DNA of 64,000 nucleotides from Cyanophyceae cyanobacterium (GTDB lineage: Bacteria > Cyanobacteriota > Cyanobacteriia > Cyanobacteriales > JBHJGN01), in contig JBHJGN010000049.1 of NCBI GenBank assembly GCA_050331735.1, positions 8,780 through 72,779 on the forward strand, read 5' to 3'. Each line of letters opens with the position of its first letter. Position 1 is the first letter of the stretch. Below, piece by piece: positions 29,431 through 39,466 of this stretch. The notes beneath the pieces are model-generated. The model worked only from the letters and a program-made list of their open reading frames with translations, did no database searches and was not told where the DNA came from. Both the position numbers and the translations under genes were made by a program.

Positions 29431-30306
29431 ATGAATAATTACTCTCAACATTCTCGTTTGAGCTGCGTTCTCGATCCTGCCCTCGGTTTGTCCCGCTTTG
29501 GGGTTTATCTGGTGGAAAACCTGGGAGAAACGATGGAATTATGGGTGGGACGAGAATTTTGGAACGTGATTGGCAATCCTAATTTTTACCAACAACGACC
29601 AGAGTTAGTGCTTCCCAAAAAAGCTTTTTCTCAAACTACCCATGAAGAATGTGCTGCTATAGAAGAAACGTTATGGTCTCTTCAGCAGTGGGAAAAACTC
29701 AAAAAGAAAACTGATCTGGCAAGGCTTAATTTGCACTGGATTGGAGATAGTCTACAAGAATCGTATTTGCCTAAAAATATTGCTCTAGAAATATTTTGGC
29801 GCTGGGAATTTTTAGCGCGATCGCTCGATGCTGAACTGAGCCACCATACTGATGAAGTCATGTCTCTTGCTTTTCGAGATACGGCAGCACTTGCTGCCAG
29901 TTTGGGGCCTGCATTCGTGTTAACCTACCAATCCCCGGAGAACGTGGCTCATAACACGCCCCCGGATATTTGCGTTGCTCTAGAAAACTGGGGCATTCCT
30001 TGCCATGCTCTTACCCAGGAGCAAACGATGATTGAAGAGCGAAATTATTTTCGCCAAATTCTGATTCGGAGTGGTTTGACTAAACTTTTTTGGACAAATC
30101 TGCACTTTATCGTTTTACATTTTGTTGCCCCTGCTGTATCTGCCTATTCCGGCTTCAGAGAGGATGAGCCAATTCAAGTATCTACTAATATTTCTACTAG
30201 CAAACCTGAGCGAACACTTATATCCCCAGACGAACTTCTCAAGAATCTAGAGTCAAAAAAATATTCTTGGCAGAACATTGAAGCATTTTGGTATCCGTTA
30301 TCGTGA
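29431..30306 (+). CDS. Hypothetical protein (possible degenerate PIN-like fold)
   Basis: 291-aa open frame in an AT-richer segment; CVLDP near the N-terminus and RDTAALAASL..AFVLT later. Confidence 0.6.
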   Translation: MNNYSQHSRLSCVLDPALGLSRFGVYLVENLGETMELWVGREFWNVIGNPNFYQQRPELVLPKKAFSQTTHEECAAIEETLWSLQQWEKLKKKTDLARLNLHWIGDSLQESYLPKNIALEIFWRWEFLARSLDAELSHHTDEVMSLAFRDTAALAASLGPAFVLTYQSPENVAHNTPPDICVALENWGIPCHALTQEQTMIEERNYFRQILIRSGLTKLFWTNLHFIVLHFVAPAVSAYSGFREDEPIQVSTNISTSKPERTLISPDELLKNLESKKYSWQNIEAFWYPLS

Positions 30307-30618
30307 AGAGTCGCGTTCTTAGCGCATCGATTTAGCTATGTAAATGTAGCGATTAGGTTGTGTTTAATGGAAATAAACAGCTACTAAAGCCTAGTTATTA
30401 ATAATAGCAAATGATAAACTAGTTTCACAAATGCAATTGCTTTAAATTAATTGTTTTACAATTTTTCTTACCTCTTCAGTTTTTCAAAACAAAGCCATAC
30501 TTTTCTCAGGTATTTATCTTACTAAAATAGAAATGACAATGCTATTTTTTAGGTAAAATATGTTTAAACTCCGTGCAAAGTTTTTTAGAAATTATGCTTG
30601 TCTACTTTGTTTAATGCC

Positions 30619-31104
30619 ATGAATGATTCATCCAGTCGAGACACTGCTTGTTTAAAATCGGCGGCTCAACTTTCAAGATCGAGAATTGTTGACGGTTTCC
30701 AGGTTGAAGACTCCCGATTTTTAATTGTCTCCTGCCAGGATATTCCAGAACAACATCAACATATTAGAACTATCGTTTTTGATGATTCTGCTTGTTGTGC
30801 GGTGGTCGATCGTCTTGAAATTGGCAAAAAACATTATTTAGTTGTAGAGGCACAAATAGACTTCGTCCATAATTACTCTAATCTTTCTGAGCTTTTGACA
30901 GACAGAGAGTTGCAGATTGTTGCCTTTGTTGCTCTAGGATGGTCTAACAAGCAGATCGCTAAACGGCTAGAGATTAGCGAGTGGACTGTTTCTACTCACT
31001 TACGGCGGACTTTCATTAAGCTTAATGTAGATAGTCGTGCTGCAATGGTGTATCGCTGTGCTCCTCTTATTCAGGGAATATTGCAAGAACAAGCAGTGTA
31101 TTAA
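30619..31104 (+). CDS. LuxR-family HTH transcriptional regulator (no receiver domain)
   Basis: LTDRELQIVAFVALGWSNKQIAKRLEISEWTVSTHLRRTFIKLNVDSRAAMV; start at ATG 30619 or TTG 30598. Confidence 0.85.
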   Translation: MNDSSSRDTACLKSAAQLSRSRIVDGFQVEDSRFLIVSCQDIPEQHQHIRTIVFDDSACCAVVDRLEIGKKHYLVVEAQIDFVHNYSNLSELLTDRELQIVAFVALGWSNKQIAKRLEISEWTVSTHLRRTFIKLNVDSRAAMVYRCAPLIQGILQEQAVY

Positions 31105-31133
31105 AGAATACTCGCAATTCTTTAATACACTGC
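31093..31133. terminator. Perfect 17-bp inverted repeat at the luxR stop, between convergent units
   Basis: GCAGTGTATTAAAGAAT-actcgca-ATTCTTTAATACACTGC. Confidence 0.7.
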
Positions 31134-31358
31134 CTATTAGAAATCAATAAGGTTTTCAAAAACAATGTTTGTTTGAACTAGTTTATCAACACTTTTTAAG
31201 GCAAACAATATAAAAACAGATCCGATAAGAGAACAAGCTTCAAGCTTCAAAGAAGCTAAACCAAATAAGAGTGACACCAAGAAATTCATTCAAACGCGCC
31301 CAGACAACACAATTTGCTTATTGCTTAATACAGCAACGTTTACATCAGCAAATTTTGT

Positions 31359-32153
31359 TTATTCAGGATATATTGAAGTTAAATTTGTGCTATTTGGTCT
31401 GGCAGTTACTAATAGTTGAGGCATAGAAACGCCACCTCTGAAAATAAAGTCCCGCAAAATCCACCATCCTCTCCAAGTAGCAAACACGCGCAGCGCCGGT
31501 TTGGCTGACGGATAGAGTTGTCTCCAACGGAGAAGGTCAGCGCGAGACAAAAACCAATCATCGCAGCGGTAGAGGTCAACCGAGAATCTTGCTTTCTTAA
31601 GCAGCGCAAACACATCCCCCTGACTAAAGGCGTGGAGGTGATAGGGATCGATATGTCGGGTTTCACCAAGAGGTGCAGAAAGCAACAGATCTCCCTCTGG
31701 AACTAAAAGGTGGTGAATACGCTCGAGGAACTTGTTAGGATGGGGAACGTGTTCTATCGTCTCAAAAGAAACAACAACATCGAACGGCTCTGACCAATTA
31801 AACTGCTCTGCATCGGCGCAAACAAATTCTAGGTTGTCCTCCTGATAGTTCTGCCTAGCATACTGCACCGTCTCTGGACACACATCAACTCCCACTACGG
31901 TCTGTGCACCAGCAAGGCATAATATCTGGCTGCCGTACCCCGTACCGCAGGCAATATCAAGAACTCGTTTTCCTTTCACATAGCGTGCCGCCGTTTTATA
32001 GCGCTCAAAGTGAATATTAAAAATTTTTTGACTAGCCGGATCGTTCTGGGTCTTTTTGGGAATAAAGCGTTCCCAGGTCACGGTGAGAGCCTGGTTGGAG
32101 AGCACTACTGAGTTATACTGGTCTGCTTGTTCTTGGGGGATTTTGTCTTGCAT
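31359..32153 (-). CDS. Class I SAM-dependent methyltransferase (glycan-cluster type)
   Basis: HFERY, VLDIACGTGYG (motif I), FDVVVSFETIEH and YHLH; last co-oriented gene of the BGC operon. Confidence 0.85.
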   Translation of the reverse strand: MQDKIPQEQADQYNSVVLSNQALTVTWERFIPKKTQNDPASQKIFNIHFERYKTAARYVKGKRVLDIACGTGYGSQILCLAGAQTVVGVDVCPETVQYARQNYQEDNLEFVCADAEQFNWSEPFDVVVSFETIEHVPHPNKFLERIHHLLVPEGDLLLSAPLGETRHIDPYHLHAFSQGDVFALLKKARFSVDLYRCDDWFLSRADLLRWRQLYPSAKPALRVFATWRGWWILRDFIFRGGVSMPQLLVTARPNSTNLTSIYPE

Positions 32154-32290
32154 AAAAACCTCTGAAAAATTGCAGGAGTTGATGGCTTGATCAGGAGAAG
32201 ACTGACATGAGTTAGTTGAATCAGCGTTGCTGAATCGGGAATGATTGAAGAGGATAGTCGTTAATGATTAACCATCAATTTCATAACGGT

Positions 32291-33508
32291 TTAATTAAGG
32301 TTGACACGACGATTAGCAGCCAGGCCGTTTAATAAATGCTGATAGTAGTGATGAAGCTTTTGACAGCCTTGCTCGACCGAAAACTGCTTGGCATCTTGCA
32401 ATGCTCGCTGAGTAATGTCTGTAGTGTTGCTGGCTAAAACCCTTTCTAAGCAGTTCGCTAACTCTTCGACGTTATCAGGGGGAGCAAGATAGCCGTTGAC
32501 GCTATCAATTAGATAGTCCGATACGGCACCGCTATTGACCGTGACGACCGGAATGCCGGATGCCATGGCCTCTACTATCGTGAGTCCAAAGGTTTCATAG
32601 GGAGAAGGACTACAGAAAACATCACCGGACGCTAAAACATTCGCCTTCGTTTCTCCGAGCAGAAAACCGGTAAAGTGAATATTAGAAATAGGTGCGGCTA
32701 GGCGTTTTAAGTGTTTAACCACCTCATCAGGACCATCTCCGACAATGAGCAAAGCACAGTTAGGGTGAGATTGTTTGAGGAGGGCAAAGGCTTCGATGAG
32801 CAAATCGACTCGTTTTTCAAAGCCAAGACGACCTAAAAAAAGCAAGACTTGGCGATCCTCACTTCCTAGCCACGGTTCCAAGTGTTTCCGATGCCGACGC
32901 TCTGGAGAATAGGTAGAAATATCAGTTCCGAAGAAAGGAATGACTTCAGTGTTCTGGATGCCCATTGCTTGGCAGCTTTGAGCCGCCGCCTGACTCGGAC
33001 ATACGGTGACATCGAGCTGATGATAGAGATAGCTGGGAAGTCGCAAGCGACTGAACAAACTGCGCAACCACTGCCAGCCAGGATAGGTCTCGGAAAAATT
33101 GTAGACATCCGTATGGTACTCGGCGATGTAGGGAATGTGCTGCGAGTTCGCATAGCGCTGTCCCGGTAAATGCCACGCACTCAACAAAAAAAACCGCTCT
33201 ACGTCTGTTGTTATAATCAAATCCGGCTGATAATCCGCCAGCTTTCGGCTAATCTGGCGAGCGGCGGCTATGGTTGGGACATAGGTAAGTTTGTAGGGCA
33301 GCCAGGGTTTTGAACGGTAGCGTTCAACGGTCAGCTCTGAATCGGCTTCAGGGGATGCCGCTTGCCCATCTGGGGCAAACACCACGACCCGATATCCGTG
33401 CTGGGCCAACCACTGCACTCGCGCCCAGTTAAATAGAGCAGAACCACTCACTTCTGGAGGAAAAGCAGTGACAAGGAAAACAAGAGTATAAACGCGATCG
33501 AGGCTCAT
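32291..33508 (-). CDS. GT4 (GT-B) glycosyltransferase, HglT-like
   Basis: FPPEVSG, RVQWLAQHG, YHTD, FLGRLGFEKR and ETFGLTIVE (EX7E). Start moved to ATG 33508, 34 nt after the PKS stop. Confidence 0.85.
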   Translation of the reverse strand: MSLDRVYTLVFLVTAFPPEVSGSALFNWARVQWLAQHGYRVVVFAPDGQAASPEADSELTVERYRSKPWLPYKLTYVPTIAAARQISRKLADYQPDLIITTDVERFFLLSAWHLPGQRYANSQHIPYIAEYHTDVYNFSETYPGWQWLRSLFSRLRLPSYLYHQLDVTVCPSQAAAQSCQAMGIQNTEVIPFFGTDISTYSPERRHRKHLEPWLGSEDRQVLLFLGRLGFEKRVDLLIEAFALLKQSHPNCALLIVGDGPDEVVKHLKRLAAPISNIHFTGFLLGETKANVLASGDVFCSPSPYETFGLTIVEAMASGIPVVTVNSGAVSDYLIDSVNGYLAPPDNVEELANCLERVLASNTTDITQRALQDAKQFSVEQGCQKLHHYYQHLLNGLAANRRVNLN

Positions 33509-33542
33509 GGCTTGTATAAAAGAAACGTTAACTGATTCAGCT

Positions 33543-36500
33543 TCATATCCTCCTAGCCGCGACTGGAGCCGAAATAAACCCACTGCGGACTAAGTACGAA
33601 AAATAAGTGTCAAGCAAGCGAAAATCGAGAGGAGGGCAATCAATATTAGAGTCAGCTAGAGCAGCCAGCGTTGCTTGACAGCCGATTTTGGGTCTTTTAT
33701 CTTGCTGATTCAGCTCAATATAGGTGAGGTCATCAAGCCAGCGATGCACAAAAAACGGCAGCAGCGGATAGAGGGGATTGTCTCGACTATCGTTGAGCTT
33801 GGCTTGCCAGTTGGAATACGCTTCGCGATCTATGGCATAGCCAAAGAAGCGCATAAACTCGCTCAATTGGCTCCAGTGGAGCGGTGACGGGTTTTGCAGG
33901 TGAAATGCCTGACCAAAAGACTGCTTCTGCTTTGACAAATAGACGATCGCCTGAGCGACGTAATCTACTGGCGACAGATCTAAGAGCACGTCGAGATCTG
34001 CCATACTGCCCATCTGAATACAGCCTTTGATCATGCGGCATAAAAAGCCACTAGTATTCCAAACGCCCGTGCGACTGTGCCCAGAAATCAACGGAGGGCG
34101 GTAGATACACATCGGCAGTCCGCGCTCACCGGCCTTTGTTACCAGCCTTTCCGACACCCACTTACTCTGAGAGTAGCCGAGGTAAATGCCCTCGCTTGGC
34201 ACTACCAAGTCGGCTTCCGTGACCGCTTTGCCATAAAAAGCCGATGACTCAAACACCGCTACGCTGGAAACATGATGAACTGGTTTTATCCTGTCGGTAG
34301 TAGCTAATTTCAGGACTTCTTGAGTTCCGAGAACATTGATCGATTTCAGTCTGGAGTAGGGATAGACATAGCTCAAAAACGCTCCATTGTGGTAGATCGT
34401 CTCGATATGAGCGGCTAAGTGTTGCCACTGGTCGTTAGCCAGACCCAGTTGCGGCTGAGCGAGATCGCCCACCACCGGAACGATTCTCGCCCTGAAATCT
34501 TGCTGCCAGAGAGCGTAGGTGGCCAAATTTTGTTGCAGCCTTAGATAACCGGACTCGGCATCGGCAGTACGCACTAAACAGTAGATGTCGGCTTGAGTTT
34601 GCTGAAGGAGTTCGTAGAGTAAAAAGGCTCCTAAAAAACCGGTGGCTCCGGTTAATAAAACTGCCGTCGGTTCAGTAATCAGCTCAACGGGGTCCGTCCC
34701 CGGAGCAATGGTCCGCTCTAGAGTCGCTTCAGCGTCCAAATCCACCTCATTGACAACCGCCGTCGGTTTTCCCGGTGTTAGCTGCTCGGTTAAGAGGGTC
34801 AAGAGGTTAGCAACGCTCGGCTCCTCGATGAACGCTCGAATCGGTAGCTCCGCCTGGAGCTGAGTTTGCACTGCGTTTCTGAGATCCACCGCCATAAGCG
34901 AGTCGAAGCCCAAATCTTGAAGAGACTGATGGATATCGATCTCAGCGGGGGCTACCTCCAGCAGCTTCGCCACCTGACCTTGAATGTAGGTGGTTAACAG
35001 GTGAGAGCGATCGCCCTCGTCAGCCTCCTGCCACTGGGATAAAATCGACCGCTGGTTTGATGCCGCTGCCTGGGTCGGACTCACTAGTTCAGCTAACAGG
35101 GGTAGCTGAGTCCCAGCGCCAAACTGCTGCTGAAACGCCGACCACTCGAACGGCAGCACCGCCACCTGCGGCTCCAGTCCCAGCACTTTAGCCAGCGCCT
35201 GCAAACCTTGCTCTGGAGCAATCGTGCTGCCCTGGGTTACTTCCCCATAGCGGCTACTGAGCTTCGCTGCCATCCCGCCATCGCTCCACGGTCCCCAGTT
35301 AATGCTTAACCCCGGTAGTCCGAGGAAACAGCGATAGTGGGCTAGCGCATCCAAAAAGGCATTGGCGGCAGCGTAATTGCCTTGACCGGGCGAACCTAGC
35401 ACCGAGGCGGCGGAGGAAAACATCACAAAGAAATCGAGCGGCAGGTGTTGAGTCAACTGATGCAGATTCCAGGCTCCTTCAACCTTCGGTGCTAGCACTC
35501 GACTAAACTGCTGCCAGTCCTGGTGCAGCAGAATTCCATCATCAAGCACTCCCGCCGCATGAATCACCCCACGCAGAGGCGGCAGGGAGGTTTGCATCTC
35601 GTCAAAGAGGGCGTTCATGTCCGAGCGATCGCTAACATCCGCCTGAACCACGCGCACCTCGGCTCCTCTAAGCTGGTTGAGAACCTCCTGAACCGACGGA
35701 GAAGCCCCCCGACGACTGGTGAGTACCAGATGCTGCACTCCCCGCTCTACCAGCCAGCGAGCCACCCTCAAACCTAAAGCCCCTAAGCCCCCCGTGATTA
35801 AATAAGTTCCGTCTGAGCGAAACGGCACGGGGGGCGAATCGCTCAGTTGACGGCGCACCAAACGAGCGACATAAAGCTGTCCTTCCCGACACGCAATCTG
35901 TTCCCCCAGCAAGTCCATCGCTGCCAACAGCATTTCCCCCTCATCAGCGGACGGTTCGGGAGCTAAATCGATCGTGCCTCCCCAGAGTTCAGGGTGTTCT
36001 AGGGCAATAACTTTTCCCAGTCCCCCCAGCGGCGCTGGCGAGAGTTCTGGCTGAGTCCCCACTGGGACCGCTCTCGTCACCAACCATAGCTGAGCAGCAG
36101 TGAAGCGACCGTGTTTGACCAATGCCTGCACTAAATAAAGGACGCACCCGCAGCCCCAGGTTTTTGGCTGCTCCCCAGACCAAATCGGTAAATTTTCCAG
36201 ATATTCCTGGCCAGTCCACAGGTAAACAATGCTGAGCGGTTCTTGACTAACTGCCGATAGCTCTTGAAACAACCGCTCAAAATCTTCTCGCCGAGACGGA
36301 TTGAGATAATAAATACCGTTCTGGTGCTGATAGGTTTTTCCCGGATAAACCAGAAAACACCGTTGTCCCTGCTGAGCAATGGCTGGTCCGGTTCCGGCAT
36401 CATCAGCGAAAATGAGCCAGTTGCTCCCGTCTCGTTCTGAAGCTACTGGACGCGGCTGAGGCTGCCACTCTATCTGATAAAACCAGTCTTGAAGCGATGC

Positions 36501-39290
36501 CGTTTGCTGTTGCTCGCTCAGCAAATTTAGCAGCTTAGGCAACACTTTCGCCTCATCCGCTGATAGTTGGCCGGTCGCGAGCAGTTGCTGTTCGATTGAG
36601 CGGCGTTCGTCTGTGGGGAGCGCTAGCGAGGAAGCCTGACGATGACCATTCGCCTCTTTAAACCAGTAGCGCTGTCGCTGAAAGGGATACGTTGGCAGCA
36701 CGACGCGACAACGGTGATAGTCTCGATCGAAGCCCATCCAGTCTACCGCGACTCCCCCCACATAGAGCTGCGCTAAACTTTGCAGAAGCGTTTGCCAAGG
36801 CGAACGCCTCGGCTCTAAACTAGCCAACCACCTCAATGGGGTGTAAGTGTTGCCGTCATTTTCGACCGCTAAACGTCCCATTCCCGTCAAAATTGGCTTG
36901 GGACCGCATTCTAAACCGATATCAGCTTGGGCTTGCAGCACCTTGATGCCGTCCGCAAATCTCACCGGCTGGCGCAGGTGACGACACCAGTATTGCGGAG
37001 TGGCAATTTCTGCGGTGGCCAAGGCTCCAGTCACGTTGGAGATCAGCTTAACGGTCGGAGGGAAGTAGGTGACTTCCGAGGCCACCGCCTCGAAATCCGC
37101 CAGCATCGGCTCCATCAACGGAGAATGAAAGGCATGGGAAACCGTCAGGGGTTTCGTCTTGATTCCCTGGGCGGTGAGGGTTGCTCTGACGGCCTCAACG
37201 GACTTGCTCCGGCCAGAAATAACCACGCTACGGGGTCCATTGAGCGCCGCGAGGGCAACTTGAGGGTAGGGAGCGATCGCTGCGGCCACCTGCTCGGCCC
37301 CGGCCATCACCGCTACCATCGCTCCATTAGCAGGAAGCGCCTGCATCAGCCGACCCCGAGCAGCAATCAGCTTCAAGCCATCTTCAAGGCTGAATACTCC
37401 GGCAAGACAGGCCGCGACGTATTCCCCAACGCTGTGACCCATGACTATGGCGGGTTTGATGCCCCAAGCCATCCACATCTGCGCGAGGGCGTATTCCAGG
37501 GCAAAGAGAGCGGGTTGCGTGTAGGCGGTCTCGTCGAGCAGGGCGGAGGGTTGTTGAGGATACAGCAGCTCCAGTAAAGCATAGTCTAAGTAAGGGGCGA
37601 GGATAGTAGCACAGCGGTCGAGGGCGGCGCGGAAGGTGGGTTGAGTTTCGTAGAGCTGCTGACCCATACCGACGTATTGAGACCCCTGTCCGGTGAATAA
37701 AAAGGCAATTTTGGGACGCTTTTTGCTGGTGAGATGACCGCTAGCTAGCTCCGCTCCCGTTGCAAACGCTTCGAGAGCCGTGCGTAGCTGGGCCGCATCT
37801 GTGGCGGGGACCGCTAAGCGATGGTTAAAGTGCGCTCGCCCGGTATTGGCCGTAAAGCACACATCGGCGATCGCCTCCTCCTGAGCGACAACGGCATAGC
37901 GCTGCGCTAATTCTTTCAGAGCGTCTGCACTCTTAGCAGAAAGGGTCAGCAGATGCAGCGGACGATCACAGTGACCTGCCTTCCGCCGATCAACCTTATT
38001 CGCGCTGGCGGGAACTTCCGGTGCCGCGGCTAACACGGCATGGCAATTTGTGCCTCCAAAGCCAAAGGCGCTGATGCCTGCTATCCGCTCGGGAGTATTC
38101 CAACGTTGATTCTCGGTGGGAATGCGAAAGGAAGCTTCTAGGGTAATGTACGGATTGAGCTGCTGAAGGTGGAGATGAGGCGGAATCTCTCGATGCTGAA
38201 GCGCCAGCACCACCTTAATCAGGCTCGCCAGCCCTGCTGCTGCTTCCAGATGCCCAATATTGGTCTTCACCGAGCCAATCCAGCAGGGCTGATCCGCTTG
38301 GCGACCTTCCCGCAGGGCAGCCTGAATGAATTCCGCTTCGATCGGATCTCCTAAAGCGGTTCCGGTGCCGTGAGCTTCCACGTAGCTAATCTGCGCGGGA
38401 GCCACGCCCGCGCTGTCTAAAGCTTGACGAATCACTCGCTGCTGCGAAGGACCGTTGGGAGCCGTCAACCCATTGCTCAACCCATCCTGATTGACTGCTG
38501 AGCCGCGAATCACGGCCCGAACGGTGTCTCCATCTCTGAGGGCATCCGAGAGACGCTTGAGGGCGATCGCCCCGCCGCCTTCTCCCCGCACATAGCCATC
38601 GGCCCGCGCGTCAAAGGTCTTACAGCGACCGTCACTTGCCATCATGCGGGCTTGAGAATAATTAATCGTTGGCTCCGGCGACAGCATCAGGCTCACTCCC
38701 CCCACTAAGCAGAGCTCCGACTCTCCCTGACGCAGACTTTGACAAGCGACGTGTACCGCCACCAACGACGAGGAGCAGGCCGTTTCTACCACCATGCTGG
38801 GTCCGCGCAGATTCAGCAGATAGGACAGCCGATTCGCTGCGATGCACAGAGTATTCCCGGTGCCATCGTAGGCACTAATTTGGTTCAAATCCTGCGCCAG
38901 CAAGCGACCGTAATCGTAATTCCCAATGGCAATAAATACTCCTGTTTGACTGCCAGACAGCGTTTGAGGCGCAATTCCCGCATCTTCTAAACACTCCCAG
39001 GCCACCTCTAGCATCAGGCGCTGCTGCGGGTCGAGGCGCTCTGCTTCGCGGGGAGAAATATTAAAAAAACCAGGGTCGAACTGATCTACCTGCTCCAGAA
39101 ATCCGCCCCAGCGCGTATTCATCTTTCCAGGAGTGGCTGGTTCCGAAGCATAGAAAGCATCGACATCCCAGCGATTTCCTGGCACTTCCGTAATGGCATC
39201 GCCACCGCTCTGCAAAAGTTCCCAGAAAGCTTTGGGGTTGCTCGCTCCCGGAAAGCGACAGCCCATTCCAATAATTGCTATAGGTTCCAC
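33543..39290 (-). CDS. Type I PKS, single module KS-AT-KR-ACP with terminal thioester reductase (R) domain
   Basis: KS: TACSSS, EAHGTGT, NIGHLE. AT: GHSVG and HAFH (malonyl). KR: TGGLGALG, HAAGVLDD (B-type), YAAAN. ACP: GFDSL. R: TGATGFLG and YSQSK. No DH or ER motifs. GTG start with AGGAG RBS. Confidence 0.93.
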   Translation of the reverse strand: MEPIAIIGMGCRFPGASNPKAFWELLQSGGDAITEVPGNRWDVDAFYASEPATPGKMNTRWGGFLEQVDQFDPGFFNISPREAERLDPQQRLMLEVAWECLEDAGIAPQTLSGSQTGVFIAIGNYDYGRLLAQDLNQISAYDGTGNTLCIAANRLSYLLNLRGPSMVVETACSSSLVAVHVACQSLRQGESELCLVGGVSLMLSPEPTINYSQARMMASDGRCKTFDARADGYVRGEGGGAIALKRLSDALRDGDTVRAVIRGSAVNQDGLSNGLTAPNGPSQQRVIRQALDSAGVAPAQISYVEAHGTGTALGDPIEAEFIQAALREGRQADQPCWIGSVKTNIGHLEAAAGLASLIKVVLALQHREIPPHLHLQQLNPYITLEASFRIPTENQRWNTPERIAGISAFGFGGTNCHAVLAAAPEVPASANKVDRRKAGHCDRPLHLLTLSAKSADALKELAQRYAVVAQEEAIADVCFTANTGRAHFNHRLAVPATDAAQLRTALEAFATGAELASGHLTSKKRPKIAFLFTGQGSQYVGMGQQLYETQPTFRAALDRCATILAPYLDYALLELLYPQQPSALLDETAYTQPALFALEYALAQMWMAWGIKPAIVMGHSVGEYVAACLAGVFSLEDGLKLIAARGRLMQALPANGAMVAVMAGAEQVAAAIAPYPQVALAALNGPRSVVISGRSKSVEAVRATLTAQGIKTKPLTVSHAFHSPLMEPMLADFEAVASEVTYFPPTVKLISNVTGALATAEIATPQYWCRHLRQPVRFADGIKVLQAQADIGLECGPKPILTGMGRLAVENDGNTYTPLRWLASLEPRRSPWQTLLQSLAQLYVGGVAVDWMGFDRDYHRCRVVLPTYPFQRQRYWFKEANGHRQASSLALPTDERRSIEQQLLATGQLSADEAKVLPKLLNLLSEQQQTASLQDWFYQIEWQPQPRPVASERDGSNWLIFADDAGTGPAIAQQGQRCFLVYPGKTYQHQNGIYYLNPSRREDFERLFQELSAVSQEPLSIVYLWTGQEYLENLPIWSGEQPKTWGCGCVLYLVQALVKHGRFTAAQLWLVTRAVPVGTQPELSPAPLGGLGKVIALEHPELWGGTIDLAPEPSADEGEMLLAAMDLLGEQIACREGQLYVARLVRRQLSDSPPVPFRSDGTYLITGGLGALGLRVARWLVERGVQHLVLTSRRGASPSVQEVLNQLRGAEVRVVQADVSDRSDMNALFDEMQTSLPPLRGVIHAAGVLDDGILLHQDWQQFSRVLAPKVEGAWNLHQLTQHLPLDFFVMFSSAASVLGSPGQGNYAAANAFLDALAHYRCFLGLPGLSINWGPWSDGGMAAKLSSRYGEVTQGSTIAPEQGLQALAKVLGLEPQVAVLPFEWSAFQQQFGAGTQLPLLAELVSPTQAAASNQRSILSQWQEADEGDRSHLLTTYIQGQVAKLLEVAPAEIDIHQSLQDLGFDSLMAVDLRNAVQTQLQAELPIRAFIEEPSVANLLTLLTEQLTPGKPTAVVNEVDLDAEATLERTIAPGTDPVELITEPTAVLLTGATGFLGAFLLYELLQQTQADIYCLVRTADAESGYLRLQQNLATYALWQQDFRARIVPVVGDLAQPQLGLANDQWQHLAAHIETIYHNGAFLSYVYPYSRLKSINVLGTQEVLKLATTDRIKPVHHVSSVAVFESSAFYGKAVTEADLVVPSEGIYLGYSQSKWVSERLVTKAGERGLPMCIYRPPLISGHSRTGVWNTSGFLCRMIKGCIQMGSMADLDVLLDLSPVDYVAQAIVYLSKQKQSFGQAFHLQNPSPLHWSQLSEFMRFFGYAIDREAYSNWQAKLNDSRDNPLYPLLPFFVHRWLDDLTYIELNQQDKRPKIGCQATLAALADSNIDCPPLDFRLLDTYFSYLVRSGFISAPVAARRI

Positions 39291-39466
39291 AATCGCTCCT
39301 CGATCGTCCAGTTCTGCTGCTTTACACCCATCTTGACTGTGTGCTTGTCAACAATTATTTGCTCACCGTGAAATCTGGGTGGCGGTTCTTAACCATGAAC
39401 AATCAACAAAAAGCAAGGCTGTCAGTTAATTTCTTAGGCCATCGAGAACCGCTACTCTCCAACTCG

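Noticed and set aside
36927..37577. Long antisense ORFs within the PKS, porin, DUF4335 and NRPS genes (e.g. 36927-37577, 7429-7941, 56477-56992, 62983-63615)
   Set aside because: Shadows of strongly supported genes on the opposite strand, with no motifs of their own.
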